NCBI GenBank assembly: GCA_030390025.1 | Contig: JASTWF010000035.1 | Span: 2,046,001 to 2,110,000 of the forward strand | Direction: 5' to 3' | Length of the DNA stretch: 64,000 nucleotides | Source: Squalus acanthias | Taxonomy: Eukaryota | In this document: piece by piece, positions 26,698 to 40,406 of the stretch | How the letters are laid out: every line of letters starts with the position of its first letter | Position numbering within the stretch: position 1 is the stretch's first letter | Notes under the pieces: generated by a model | Told to the model about the DNA's origin: nothing | Database searches by the model: none | The model's input: only the letters and a program-made list of their open reading frames with translations | Made by a program: the position numbers and the translations under genes

Positions 26698-28063
26698 GTA
26701 GTGGGGAAAATGCTAGAGTCCATTATAAAAGATGTAATAGCAGAGCACTTGGAAAACAGTGACAGGATCGGACAAAGTCCACATGGATTTACAATAGGTA
26801 AATCGTGCTTGACTAATCTACTGGAATTTTTTGAGGATGTAACTCGTAAAATAGATAAGGGAGAATCAGTGGATGTGGTGTATTTGGACTTTCAGAAGGT
26901 TTTCGATAAGGTCCCGCATAAGAGATTAGCGTGCAAAGTTAGAGCACATGGGATTGGGGGTAAGGTACTGTCTTGGATAGAGAACTGGTTGGCAGACAGA
27001 AAGCAAAGAGTTGGAATAAATGGGTCTTTTTCCGAGTGGCAGGCAGTGACGCAGAGATCGGTCCTAGGACCCCAGCTATTCACAATATATATTAATGATC
27101 TAGACGAGGGAATTGGATGTAATATCTCCAAGTTTGCAGACGACACAAAGCTGGGTGGGCGTGTGTGCCGTGAGGAGGATGCCGAGAAACTCCAGTATGA
27201 TTTGGACAGGTTGGGTGATTGGGCAGAAGCGTGGCAGATGCAATATAATGTGGATAAATGTGAGGTTATCCACTTTGGTGTCAAAAACAGAAAGGCAGAT
27301 TATTATCTGAATGGCAATAGATTGGGAAAAGGGGAAGTGCAACAAGACCTGGGTGTCCTTGTGCACCAGTCGCTGAAGGTAAGCATGCAGGTGCAGCAGG
27401 CGGTTAAGAAGGCAAATGGTATGTTGGCCTTCGTAGCGAAAGGGTTCGAGTACAGGAACAAGGATGTCTTGCTGCAGTTGTACAGGGCCTTGGTGAGACC
27501 ACACCTTGAGTATTGTGTGCAGTTTTGGTTGCCTTATCTGAGGAAGGATGTTCTTGCCATGGAGGGCGTGCAGCGAAGATTCACCAGGCTGATACCTGGG
27601 ATGGCAGGAATGACGTATGAGGAGAGATTGGGTTGATTGGGCTTATACTTGCTGGAGTTTAGAAGAATGAGAGGGGATCTCATTGAAACTTATAAAATTC
27701 TAACAGGACTAGACAGACTAGATGCAGAAAGGATGTTCCCGATGGCCGGGGAGTCCAGAACCAGGGGTCACAGTCTAAGGATAAGGGGTAAGCCATTTAG
27801 GACTGAGATGAGGAGGAATTTCTTCACCCAGAGAGTGGTGAACCTGTGGAATTCTCTACCACAGAAGGCAGTAGAGGCCAATTCATTAAATATATTCAAG
27901 AAGGAGTTAGATATATTTCTTAAAGCTAAAGGATCAAGGGATATGGGGAGAAGGCAGGGACAGGGTACTGAATTTGGATGATCAGCCATGATCTCATTGA
28001 ATGGTGGGGCAGGCTCGAGGGGCTGAATGGCCTGCTCCTGCTCCTATCTTCTATGTTTCTATG
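26698..28063 (+). mobile_element. 5'-truncated CR1 (lineage B) inserted in the RTE
   Basis: RT ORFs 26701-27636 and 27637-27981; TTTCTATG tail; the RTE resumes at TCAACAAGGG. Confidence 0.92.
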
Positions 28064-29522
28064 TCAACAAGGGCAGACGTCGATGACGAAATCTAACACC
28101 GCCTTCAGTGTACCAGTGCAGCCTTCGGTCGCCTGAGGAAGAGAGTGTTTGAAGACCAGGACCTCAAACCCAGCACCAAGCTTATGGTCTACTGAGCAGT
28201 AGTGATACCCGCCCTCCTGTATGCTTCAGAGACATGGACCATGTACAGCAGGCACCTCAAAGCACTGGAGGGGTACCACTAATGCTGCCTCCGCAAGATC
28301 CTCCAAATCCATTGGCAGGATAGGCGCACCAACGTCAGTGTTCTCGCTCAGGTCAACATCTCCAGCATCGAAGCTTTGACCACGTTTGATCTGCTCCGAT
28401 GGACGGGCCACATTGTCCGCATGCCCGATATGAGACTCCCAAAGCAAGCGCTCTGCTCGGAGCTCCGACACGGCAAGAGAGCCCCAGGTGGGCAGAGGAA
28501 ACGCTTCAAGGACACCCTCAAAACCTCCTTGAAAAAGTGCAACATCCCCACCGACACCTGGGAATTCCTGGCCCAAGACCGCACAAAGTGGAGGAGGAGC
28601 ATTCGGGAAGGCGCCGAACATCTCGAGTCTCTTCGCTGGGAGCAAGCGGAAGCCAAGCGCAAACAGCGGAAGGAGCGCACATCAGCCCAAGCACCCCACC
28701 CACCCGCCCCTTCAACCACCGTCTGCCTCATCTGTAACAGAGACTGTAGGTCCTGCATTGGACTCATCAGTCACCTGAGAACTCATTTTTAGTGCGGAAG
28801 CAAGTCATCCTCGGTTCCGAGGGACTGCCTAAGAAGAAGAAGTGAGGCTAGTGGTGCAGATTGTAGGATATGGCATTTGAAGATGAATTCAGTGACCTTG
28901 ACCACTCGTGTGAGGTCACTAAGCTTCTTCCTGCACTGCGTCCAGGTAGTCGGGGCTATATTGCTGGCATTCACCACAATGGCTATCTGCATACATTGGA
29001 TTTTAGGCATTTGCCTGGAGGGTCTACTGGCCCACTGTGGAAACAGGATCTCTCTCCTCATGTTCACCTCCTGCATCAAGGCATCCAGTGCTGCTTCAGA
29101 GAACCTTGGAGGCCGTGCGCTCCCCTGTTGTGACATCGTTGATTTTTTTCCTCTCTCTCGCTTCCCCAGCCAGTTGAATGCATGCAGAAATCATCTCACA
29201 TTTAAGAGGAGCAGATTGCTTTTAAGAAGTGCAGGCTAGCTTTAATTGGTGCGAGCCTTGCACGAACTTGGGCTCCTGCTGAGTATTCAGCCACTCAGCA
29301 GCACGTTCAGCCTGCATTACTTTGAACGGTCGCGGGTTGATCACGCATCGCAATCCCTGCACCTGTTTTCTGGCGCAAACTAATTTTTAGCCTTAATGAT
29401 GTAGTAAAAGATTGACCGAATGATTTTGATAGGCCATGGGATTGGGAAGATAAATGGTAGGGCCAGCATTTATTGCCCATCCCATTGTGCCTTGAGAAGG
29501 CGAGCTGCCTTCTTGAACCGCT

Positions 29523-32500
29523 GGTACGAGGAGTGAGTTGGCGATGATAGATTGGGGAGCTTCATTAAAAGGCTTGACGGTGGATAGGCAATGGCTAACA
29601 TTTAAGGAACGAATGCATGAATTGCAACAGTTATACATTCCTTTCTGGCGCAAAAACACAAAAGGAAAAGCGGCCCAACCATGGCTAATAAAAGAAATTA
29701 AGGATAGTATTAGATCCAAAGAGGAGTCATATAAAGTTGCCAGAAAAAATAGCAAGCCTGAGGATTGGGAGCAGTTTAGAGTTCAGCAAAAAAATGCCAA
29801 GAGATTGATTAGAGGGGAAAAATGGAGTATGAGAGTAAACTTGCAAGGAACATAAAAGCGGACTGGAAAAACTTCTACAAGTATATTTCATAGGCTGCAG
29901 TGTGGTCCTCCCGAACCCGCTGCTGGTCCACGCTGTGCCACTCCTGGATCCCGACCTTGCTGCTGGGCTCGTCCTCGCTGCTGGTCCTCCCGATCCCGTG
30001 GACTAGTAGCGGGGTCGGGAGGACCACACTGCAGCCTATGAAACCCAGGCAGAGAGGAGAGGACCTGCGGGAAGGAGGGAGGAGGACAGTAGGAGTATGT
30101 TTGTGTGTGTGTGCTAGGCCAATGTAGCAGAGCCTGGTCTCCAATCGTCTTGGATCCCCTTGCCATTGGACCAAGGCCTTGCTCTGTCAAGCCCGTGTGG
30201 TAGCTGGTGTGCAACGGCCACCCCACGTTAAAAGAATTCACACACAGGCATCTTCCACCCTTTAAATTGAAGTTCGGGACCTGGAACATCAGGACCCTCA
30301 TGGACAACCCCAACAGCGACAGACCGCAACGCCGTACTGCTATCGTTGCCCGGGAGCTCAGACGTTTTGACATAGACATCGCCGCCCTAAGCGAGACCCG
30401 GCGGGCAGGGGAAGGCCAGCTCAGGGAGCAAGGCGGTGGTTACACCTTCTTCTGGAGAGGCAAACCTGATGAAGAATGCCGCCTCCATGGGGTAGGTTTC
30501 GCCATAAAAAATGAGCTAGTTGAATGTCTCAGAGACTCTCCTTGTGGAATAAACAAACGCCTCATGACTCTACGGCTCACCCTAGCCCGGAACCAGTGCG
30601 CTACGGTCATCAGTGCGTAAGCCCCAACACTGGAAGCCACAGACGAGGCCAAAGAGGAATTCTACTTCAGCCTCGAACAATCCCTGTCCCGAGTCCCAAC
30701 GGGCGACAAGCTGATCCTCCTTGGCGACTTTAACACCAGAGTTGGAAAGGACACAGACCTCTGGGGAGGTGTGATCGGCAGAGAGGGGGTAGGGTAAGCC
30801 AACTCCAACGGTACCCTCCTCCTGACGAAATGCTTAGAACATGGCCTTGTCACAACCAACACCTTGTTCCGTCAGAGAGACAAGTACAAGGCTTCATGGC
30901 AACACCCTCGCTCCAAGCACTGGCATCTGCTGGACTATGTCATCGTCCGAGCGAGGGACCGCAAGGACGTCCGCATCACCTGCGCCATGACAGGAGCTGA
31001 CGACTGCTGGACAGACCACCGCCTAATCCGCTCTGTCATCTCCATCAACGTAGCCCCAAAACAGCAGCGGCAACAGAAGCAATACTGCAGGAAAATCAAC
31101 GCTGGAGCACTCAAAGACCCTGCTAAGAAAGCCCTATTCAGCCTGCGCCTCATAACCAACCTGACGACTCCCAGTGATGCAGAGACACAGAGTGTCCACA
31201 GCACCTGGTCTGCACTCAAGGCCTCCATAATTAGCACCTGTGAAGAGATGCTCGGTCACTCGACCAGGAAACACCAAGACTGGTTCGACGAGAATGACCA
31301 GGAGATCCAGGAGCTAATAATCCGCAAGCGCAAGGCATTCCTGATCTGGAAACAGCAACAGAACTCGAGAGCAAGAAAGCAGCTCTACAGACGCCTGAAG
31401 GCCGAGGTCCAACAAAAAGCTCGCAACCTAAAGAACAGATGGTGGGTGGAGAAAGCGCAGGAGATCCAGCAGCTAGCCGACAAACACGACGTGCGTGGAT
31501 TCTTTAGCGCAGTCAAGACCATCTACGGCCCAAGCACCCAAGGCCCTACCCCACTGCGGGCCAAGAATGGAGAGGTACTCATCAAGGACAGAGAGGCAGT
31601 CAGTGCCCGCTGGAAGGAGAGCACTTCGAAGATCTCCTTAACCGAGACTCTGTCTTCGACGCGAGTGTCCTCAACTCCATCCCGCAGCATGCTACCCGCA
31701 ACCACCTCAGCACAACCCCAGCCCGGCAAGAGGCTGAAAAGGCCATCCGACAACTGAAGAACAACAAGGCCTCAGGAGCAGATGGAATCCCCGCCGAGGC
31801 GCTAAAACCTGGTGGAAAAGCACTATTGGAGCAAATACATGAACTCATTTCTCTTATTTGGAAGGAGGAGAGCATGCCAGGGGATCTCAGAGACGCCGTA
31901 ATCGTGACCATCTTCAAGAAAGGTGACAAGTTCGATTGCGGTAATTACAGAGGAGTCTCCCTGCTGTCTGCCACATGGAAAGTCATCGCAAGAATCCTCC
32001 CCAATTGCCTTCTCCCAGTGGCTGAAGAGCTCCTCCCAGAGTTGCAATGCGGATTCCGCCCACTAAGGGGCACAATGGACATGATCTTCACCGCGCGTCA
32101 ATTACAAGAGAAATACAGGGAACAGCACCAACCGCTGTACATGGCCTTCTTTGACCTCACAAAGGCCTTCCACACCATCAACCGTGAGGGATTATGGAGT
32201 GTACTCCTCAAATTCGGCTGCCCTCAAAAGTTTGTCACCATCCTCCGCCTGCTTCACGACGACATGCAAGCCGTGATCCTGACCAATGGATCCACCACAG
32301 ACCCAATTCACGTACAGACCGGGATCAAGCAAGGCTCTGTCATCACACCAAGGCTCTTCTTGATCTTCCTGGCTGTAATGCTCCATCTCACCCTCAGTAT
32401 GCTCCCCGCTGGAGTGGAGCTAATCTACAGGTCAAATGGGAATTGTTCAACCTCCGTCGCCTCCAGTCCATTTCCAAGGTCGATCCATCCTCTGTCATCG

Positions 32501-35328
32501 AACTACAGTATGCAGACGACGCTTGCGCCTGCGCACACTATGAGGTCGAACTCAAAACCATCGTTGACACCTTCACCGAAGCGTACGAGAGCATGGGCCT
32601 TACACTAAACATCCGTAAGACAAAAGTCCTCTGCCAACCTGCCCCCGCCACACTGTACTGCTCCCCGATTCTCAAAATCCATGACGAGGCCTTGGACAAT
32701 GTGGACCACTTTCCATACCTCGGGAGCCTACTGTCAACAAGGGCAGACGTCGATGACGAAGTCCAACACCGCCTTCAGTGTGACAGTGCAGCCTTCGGTC
32801 GCCTGAGGAAGAGAGTGTTTGAAGACCAGGACCTCAAACCCAGCACCAAGCACATGGTATACAGAGCAGCAGTGATACCCGCCCTCCTGTATACCTCAGA
32901 GACATGGACCATGTACAGCAGGCACCTCAAGGCACAGGAGAGGTACCACCAACGCTGACTCCGCAAGTTCCTGCAAATCCATCGGCAGGATAGGCGCACC
33001 AACGTCAGTGTTCTCACTCAAGCCAACATCCCCAGCATCGAAGCTTTGACCACGCTCGATCAGCTCCGATGGACGGGTCACATTGTCCGCATGCCCAATA
33101 TGAGACTCCCAAAACAAGGGCTCTACTCGGAGCTCTGACATGGCAAGAGAGCACCAGGTGGGCAGAGGAAAAGCTTCAAGGACATCCTCAAAGCCTCCTT
33201 GAAAAAGTGCAACATCCCCACCGACACCTGGGAATCCCTGGCCCAAGACCGCACAAAGTGAAGAAGAAGCATCCAGGAAGGAGCCGGACACCTCGAGTTT
33301 CTTCACCGGGAGCAAGCGGAAGCCAAGCGCAAGCAGCACACGTCAACCCAAGCACCCCACCCACCCGTCCCTTCAACCACCGTCTGCCCCACCTGTGACA
33401 GAGACTGTTGATCCCGCATTGGACTCATCAGTCACCTGAGAACTCATTTTTAGTGCGGAAGCAAGTCATCCTCGATTCCGAGGGACTGCCTAAGAAGAAG
33501 TATGTAAAAAGAAAAAGATTATTGAAGACAAATGTAGGTCCCTTACAGTCAGAAATGGGAGTATTTATAATGGGGAACAAGGAAATGGCAGCGCAATTAA
33601 ACAAATACTTTGGTTCTGTCTTCACGGAAGAGGACACAAATAACTTTGTAGAAATGCTAGGGAACCAAGGGTCTAGTGAGAAGGAGGAATTAAAGGAAAT
33701 TAGTATTAGTAAAAAAATAGTGCTGAAGAAATTAATGGGACTGAAAGCCGATAAATCCCCAGGGCCTGATAATCTGCATCTCAGAGTACTAAAAGAGGTA
33801 GCCATGGAAATAGTGGATGCATTGGTTGTCATCTTCCAATATTCTATAGTTATGGAACAGTTCCTGCAGATTGGAGGGTGGTAAATGTAACCCCACTATT
33901 TAAAAAAGGAGGGAGAGAGAAAACAGGGAACTACAGATCGGTTAGCTTAACATCTGTAGTAGGGAAAATGCTAGAGTTTATTACAAAGGATGTGATAACA
34001 GGACACTTCTAAAATATCAACGGGATTAGACAAAGTCAACATGGATTTATGAAAGGGAAATCATGTTTGACAAACCGACTGGAGTTTTTTGAGGATGCAA
34101 CTGGTAGAATAGATAAGGGAGAACCAGTGGATGTGATGTATTTGGATTTTCAGAAGGCCTTTGATAAAGTCCCACATAAGAGGTTAGTGTTCAAAATTAA
34201 AGCACATGGGATTGGGGGTAATATACTGGCTTGGATTGAAAATTGGTTAACAGACAGGAAACAGAGAGTAGGAATAAATGGGTCTTTTTCAGGGTGGCAG
34301 GCGGTGACTAGTGGGGTACCGCAGGAATCAGTGCTTGAGCCCCAGCTATTCACAATATATATCAATGATTTGGATGAGGGAACCAAATGTAATATTTCCA
34401 AGTTTGCTGACGACACGAAACTAGGTGGGATTGTGAGTTGTGAGGAGGATGCAAAGAGGCTTCAAGGCGATTTAGACAAGTTGAGTGAGTGGGCAAATAC
34501 ATGGCAGATGCAGTATAACGTGGATAAATGTGAAGTTATCCACTTCAGTAGGAAAAACAGAAAGGCAGAGTATTATTTAAATGGTGATAGATTGGGAAAT
34601 GTCGATGTACAAAGGGACCTGGGTGTCCTTGTACACCAGTCACTGAAAGCAAACATGCAGGTGCAGCAAGCAGTTAGGAAGGCAAATGGTATGTTGGCCT
34701 TCATTGCAAGGGGATTTGAGTACAGGAGCAAGGATGTCTTACTACAGTTATACAGGGCCTTGGTGAGACCACACCTGGAGTACTGTGTGCAGTTTTGGTC
34801 TCCTTACTTAAGAAAGGATATACTTGCTGTCGAAGGAGTGCAGCGAAGGTTCACCAGACTGATTCCTGGGATGGCAGGACTCTCGTATGAGGAGAGATTG
34901 GGTCGACTAGGCCTGTATTCACTAGAGTTTAGAAGAATGAGAGGGGATCTCATTGAAACGTATAAAATTCTGACAGGGCTAGACAGACTGGATGCAGGGA
35001 GGATGTTTCCCCTGGCTGGGGGGTCTAGAACGAGGGGTCACAGTCTCAGGATACGGGGTAGGACATTTAGGACTGAGATGAGGAGAAATTTCTTCACTCA
35101 GAGGGTGGTGAACCTGTGGAATTCTCTACCACAGAATGCTGTGGAGGCCAAGTCACTGAATATATTTAAGAAGGAGATAGATAGATTTCTAGATGCAAAA
35201 GGCGTCAAGCGGTTTGGTGAGAGAGCGGGAATCTGGTATTGAGATAGAGGATCAGCCATGATCATATTGAATGGCAGAGCAGGCTCGAAGGGCCGAATGG
35301 CCTGCTCCTATTTTTCTATGTTTCTATG
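29523..35328 (+). mobile_element. 5'-truncated CR1 split by the full-length RTE
   Basis: 29523-29884 continues at 33501 (FYK|YVKRKR); RT ORF 34049-35242; tail at ~35328. Confidence 0.92.
29885..33500 (+). mobile_element. Full-length degenerate RTE-clade LINE
   Basis: 5'UTR, then a single EN+RT ORF in pieces (FGTWNIRTL, ALSETR, GDFN, WTDH, YADD); C2H2 end; TAAGAAGAAG tail; AAGTAT at both junctions. Confidence 0.93.
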
Positions 35329-37280
35329 TGTGGTGAAGTCACTCCCATAGTGCTGTTAGGGAGGGAGTTCCAGGATTTTGACCCAACGACAATGAAGGAA
35401 CAGCGATATACTTCCAATTTAGGATGGTGTGTCACTAGGAGGGCAACTTGGAGGTGGTGGTGTTCCCATACGCCTGCTGCCCTTGTCTTCTAGGTGGTAG
35501 AGGTCAGGGGTTTGGGAGGTATTTTTGAAGAAGCTTTGGTAAGTTGGGCAATAAATGCTGGCCTTGCCGGCGACATCCACATCCCAGGAACGAATGATTA
35601 AAAAAGGACAATAACAGTCCCCACAATAATGGTTTAGGATTCAGGAGATTAGGAAGCTGAAGATTTTTCAACTGTACCTCCGTGTATGAACCATATCCTG
35701 GTCGGACACAAGCAAAACTTTTTCCTGTACGACCCTGAGAAAGAAAAGAATTGTAATCATCAGAAGTGAACATCAGCCCATCAGCAGCCCCTCATCTCTC
35801 CTCACAGGCAGTTACAACGGCAACTGGCCCAATAAATGTAGCCACCATCTTTAAACTTATGCAGGAAGAGCGAGAGTGGAGCAAGGGGGCGGGAGGCTGC
35901 ACCAACCCAACAACTTGCATTTATATAGCACCTTTAACATAGTGAAATGTTCCAAGGCGCTCACAGGGGCGTTATCAAACAAATAAGAAGACAGAAGGAG
36001 ATATTAGGACAGCTGGCCAAAGGTTTGGTCAAAGAGGCAGGTTTTAAGCAGCATCTTAAAGGAGAGAGCAGTAGAGAAGTGGAGATATTTCATAGAATCA
36101 TAGGAATTTATGGCACAGAAGGAGGCCATTCGACCCATCGTGTCTGTGCCGGCCGAAAAAGAGCTCTCCAGCCTAATCCCACTCTCCAGCTCTTGGGTCC
36201 GTAGCCCTGCAGGTTACGACACTTCAAGTGCATATCCAAGTACTTTTTAAATGTGATGAGGGTTTCTGCCTCTACCACCCTTTCAGGCAGTGAGTTCCAG
36301 ACCCCCACCACCCTCTGAGTGAAAAAAGTTCTCCTCAACTCCCCTCTAATCCTTCTACCAATTACTTTAAATCTGTGCCCCCTGGTTATTGACCTCTCTG
36401 CTAAGGGACATAGGTCCTTCATATCCACTCTTTCTAGGCCCCCCATAATTTTATACACCTCAATTAAATCTCCCCTCAGCCTCCTCTGTTCCAAAGAAAA
36501 CAACCCCAGCCTATCCAATCTTTCCTCATAGCTAAAATTCTCCAGTTCTGGCAACATCCTCGTAAATCTCCTCTGCACCCTCTCTAGTGTAATCACATCT
36601 TTCCTGTAATGTGGTGACCAGAACTGTACACAATACTCTAGCTGTGGCCTAACTAGTGTTTTATACAGTTCAAGCATAACCTCCCTGCTCTTATATTCTA
36701 TGCCTCGGTTAATAAAGGCAAGTATCCCGTATGCCTTCTTAACCACCTTACCTTCAGGGACCATGGACATGCACTCCGAGATCCCTTTGTTACTCTACAC
36801 TTCTCAGTATTCTACCATTTATTGTGTATTCCCTTGCCTTGTTAGCCCTCCCAAACGCATTACCTCACACTTCTCCGGATTGAATTCCATTTGCCACTTT
36901 CCTTCCCACCTGACCAGTCCATTGAGATCTTCCTGCAATCTACAGCTTTCTACCTCACTATCAACCACATGGCCAATTTTTGTATCATCTGTAAACTTAT
37001 TAATCATGCCCCATACATTGAAGTCTAAATCATTTATATATACCACAAAAAGCAAGAGACCTAATACTGAGCCCTGCGGAACCCCACTGGAAACAGCCTT
37101 CCAGTCACAAAAAGACCCATCGACCATTACCCTTTGCTTCCTGCCACTGAGCCAATTTTGGATCCAACTTGCCACTTTCCCTTGGATCCCATGGGCTTTT
37201 ACTTTTCTGACCAGTCTGCCATGAGGGACCTTGTCAAAAGCCTTGCTAAAATTCATGTAGACTACATCAACGCACTACCC

Positions 37281-38128
37281 TCATAGAATCATAGAAGATA
37301 GGAGCAGGAGTAGGCCATTCGGCCTCTCTAGCCTGCTCTGCCATTCAATGCGATCATGGCTGATCATCCAAATTCAGTACCCTGTCCCTGCTTTCTCCCC
37401 ATATCCCTTGATCCCTTTAGCCTTAAGAAATATATCCAACTTCTTCTTGAATCTATTTAATGAATTGGCCTCTACTGCCTTCTGTGGCAGAGAATTCCAC
37501 AGGTTCACCACTCTCTGGGTGAAGAAATTCCTCCTCATTTCTGCCCTAAAAGGCTTACCCCTTATCCTTAGACTGTGACCCCTGGTTCTGGACTCCCCGA
37601 CCATCAGGAACATCCTTCCTGCATCTAGTTTGTCCTGTCCTGTCAGAATTTTATAAGTGTCAATGAGATCCCCTCTCATTCTTCGAAACTCCAGCGAGTA
37701 TAAGCCCAATCGACCCAAACTCTCCTCATACGTCATTCCTGCCATCCCAGGTATCAGCCTTGTGAATCTTCGCTGAACTCCTTCCATGGCAAGAACATCC
37801 TTCCTCAGATAAGGCAACCAAAACTGCACACAGTACTCAAGGTGTGGTCTCACCAAGGCCCTGTACAACTGCAGCAAGACATCCTTGTTCCTGTACTCAA
37901 ACCCTCGCGCTATGAAGGCCAACATACCATTTGCCTTCTTAACCGTCTGCTGCACCTGCATGCTTACCTTCAGCGACTGGTGCACAAGGACACCCAGGTC
38001 TCGTTGCACTTCCCCTTCTCCCAATCTATTGCCATTCAGATAATAATCTGCCTTTCTGTTTTTGACACCAAAGTGGATAACCTTGCATTTATCCACATTA
38101 TACTGCATCTGCCACACTTCTGCCCAAC
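37281..38128 (-). mobile_element. 5'-truncated CR1 (lineage B) nested in the lineage C copy
   Basis: ORF 37374-38117; very similar to 27230-28060. Confidence 0.9.
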
Positions 38129-39145
38129 TCTCCTTGTTACCTCCTCAAAAAATCAAGTTAGCCAGACACGACCTTCCCTTTTAACAAATCCATGCTGACT
38201 GTCCTTGACTAATCCATGCCTTTGTAAATGATCATTAATACTCTCCCTCAGGATTTTTTCCAATAATTTTCCCACCACCGAGTTTAGGCTGACTGGCCTG
38301 TAAATACTCGGTCTATCCCTTTTTTCCTTTTTAAACAACGGTACCACATTAGCAGTCCTCCAGTCCCCAGCACCACACCTGTAGCCAGAGAGGATTGGAA
38401 AATGATGGTCAGAGCCTCTGCTATTTCCTCTTCTCTTAATAGCCTGGGATACATTTCATCCGGGCCTGGCAATTTATCTACTTTTAAAGATGCTAAACCC
38501 CTTAATATTTCCTCTCTCACTATGTTTAGCTCATCTAATATTTCACACTCCTCCTCAACTACAATGCCTGCATCATTCCTTTCTTTTATAAAGTCAGATG
38601 CAAAGTATTCATTAAGAACCATACCCATGTTTTCCACCTCCACACACAGGTTACCTTCTTGGTCTCTAGTAGGCCCTACTCTTTCTTTAGTTATCCTCTT
38701 GCTCTTTATGTATTAATAAAACATCTTTGGGTTTTCCTTGATTTTACTTGCTAATATTTTTTCATGCCCTCTCTTTGCAAATTTCCTTTTTAATTTCACC
38801 CCTGCACTTTCTGTACTCCTCTCGGCTTTCTATAATATTGAGCTCTCGGTATCTGACAGAAACTTCCCTTTTTTGCCTTATCCTACCCTGTATGCCCCTT
38901 GACATCCAGGGGGCTCTAGAATGAGAGTCCCACCCTTTTTCTTTGTGGAAACATACTTGCTCTGAACTCTCACTATCTCCTCCTTGAATGCCTCCCACTG
39001 ATCTGACACTGATTTACCTTCAAGTAGCAGTTTCCAGTCCACTTTGGATAAATCATGTCAGCTTAGTAAAATTGGCCTTTCTCCAATCGAGAACTTTTAC
39101 TCCTGATGTATCTTTGTTCTTTTCCATAACTACACGAAATCTAAC

Positions 39146-39336
39146 GAAAAAAAAGCAAAATACTGCAGATGCTGGAAATCTGAAATAACAACAGAAAATG
39201 CTGGAAATGCTCAGCAGGTCAGGCAGTATCTGTGGAGAGAGAAACAGGGTTAATGAGCTGAAACGTAACTCTGTTTCTTGCTCCACAGTTGCTGCCTGAC
39301 CTGCTGAGTGTTTATAGCATTTTATGTTTTTATTTA
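39146..39336. mobile_element. Short fold-back repeat, possibly Penelope-derived
   Basis: Imperfect inverted arms of ~60 bp (CTCAGCAGGTCAGGCAG/CTGCCTGACCTGCTGAG) inserted in the CR1. Confidence 0.6.
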
Positions 39337-40406
39337 TGAATCTATCTGAATTATGATCACTACCACCAAAATGCTCTCCTACTGATACCCCTTCCACCTG
39401 CCCAGCTTCATTCCCTAAAACTAAATTCAGAACTTGTTGGGCTTGCTACGTATGGGCTAAAAAAGTTCTCCTGAATGCAATTGAAGAATTCTGTGCTCTC
39501 TATACCTTTTGCACTGATTCTATCCTGTTTAATATTTGGGTAGTTGAAATCCCCGACTATTACTGCCCTATTGTTTTTGCCACTTCTCAGAAATTTGCCT
39601 ACATATTTGGTCTTCTTTCTCCCTCTGACTGTTTGGGGGTCTATAGTACACTCCCAGCAGAGTGATTGCCCCTTTTCAGTTCTTCAGTTCAACCCATATG
39701 GCCTCATTTGATGATCCTTCTTTAGGGAATTCCAGAGCTTAGGGCCTTGGCAGCTGAAGGCACGGCCACCAATGATGGAGCGATTTAAATTGGGGATTCG
39801 CAGGAGGCCAGATGGAGGAGTGCAGAGATCTTGGAGGGTTGCAGAACCGGTGGCGTTTAGAGATAGGGAGGGGCAAGGCTATGGAGGGATTTGAAAACAA
39901 GGATGAGAATTTTAAAATTGAGGCGTTGCCAGAAAAGGAGCCAATGTAGGTCAATGAGCACAAGGGTGATGGGTGTCTGGGACTTGGTGCGAGTTAGGAT
40001 ACGTGCAGCAGAGCTTTGGATGAACTCAAGTATATGTAGGATGGAAGATGGTCAGGAAAGCAGTCGAATAGTCAAGTCTAGATGCAACAAAGGCATGGAT
40101 GAGCGTTTCACCAGATGTGCTGAGGCAGGGCGGAGTCGGGCGATGTTACGGAGGTGGATGTAGGCGGTCTCGGTGATAGAGTGGATGGATGTGTGGACGG
40201 AGCTCATTTCATAGAGCGGCTGAGAAGGTACCTTTAAAAGGGAGAGGTGGGGTTAGTGGGAAGTTGAAGGAACATGATGTGATTAAGGGAGTGTGGCGGT
40301 AACACGAGTAATTGGGGGGTGGGGATAGAAAGGCATCCGCGGAGAGCCACATTATCATTTCAACCCTGAGTCCCAACACCGCCAGCGGGTGTTGGTGGCT
40401 TCACTG

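Larger units (their letters stand above)
23779..28842 (+). mobile_element. 5'-truncated RTE-clade LINE in a Myb-gene intron, split by an LTR-like element and a CR1
   Basis: Pieces ~23797-24281, 25725-26699 (GVKQGC, YADD) and 28064-28842 (C-terminal C2H2 CLICNRDC..HLRTH; AAG tail) are collinear with 31257-33500. Confidence 0.92.
18700..29136 (-). pseudogene. Harbinger Myb/SANT-like DNA-binding gene, 3 exons, interrupted
   Basis: Exon 1 ~29136-28896 (RPPRFSEAALDAL..WTQCRKKLSDL); exon 2 ~23562-23415; exon 3 from ~23265 to ~22258, resuming at ~18813. Confidence 0.8.
12578..29392. mobile_element. Decayed autonomous PIF/Harbinger DNA transposon (transposase on +, Myb/SANT gene on -), expanded by nested insertions
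   Basis: Convergent transposase and Myb-like genes whose pieces rejoin across the inserts. Right end AATTTTTAGCC at ~29392; the left end is approximate. Confidence 0.8.
36090..39720 (-). mobile_element. 5'-truncated CR1 (lineage C)
   Basis: ORFs 36108-36770, 36819-37256 and 38153-38998; EN remnant to ~39700; ATTCTATG tail. Confidence 0.9.
35908..40212 (-). mobile_element. L2-type LINE 3' fragment split by CR1
   Basis: Tail reads AGGTGCTATATAAATGCAAGTTGTTG on minus at ~35908-35935; the body resumes at ~39721. Confidence 0.7.
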
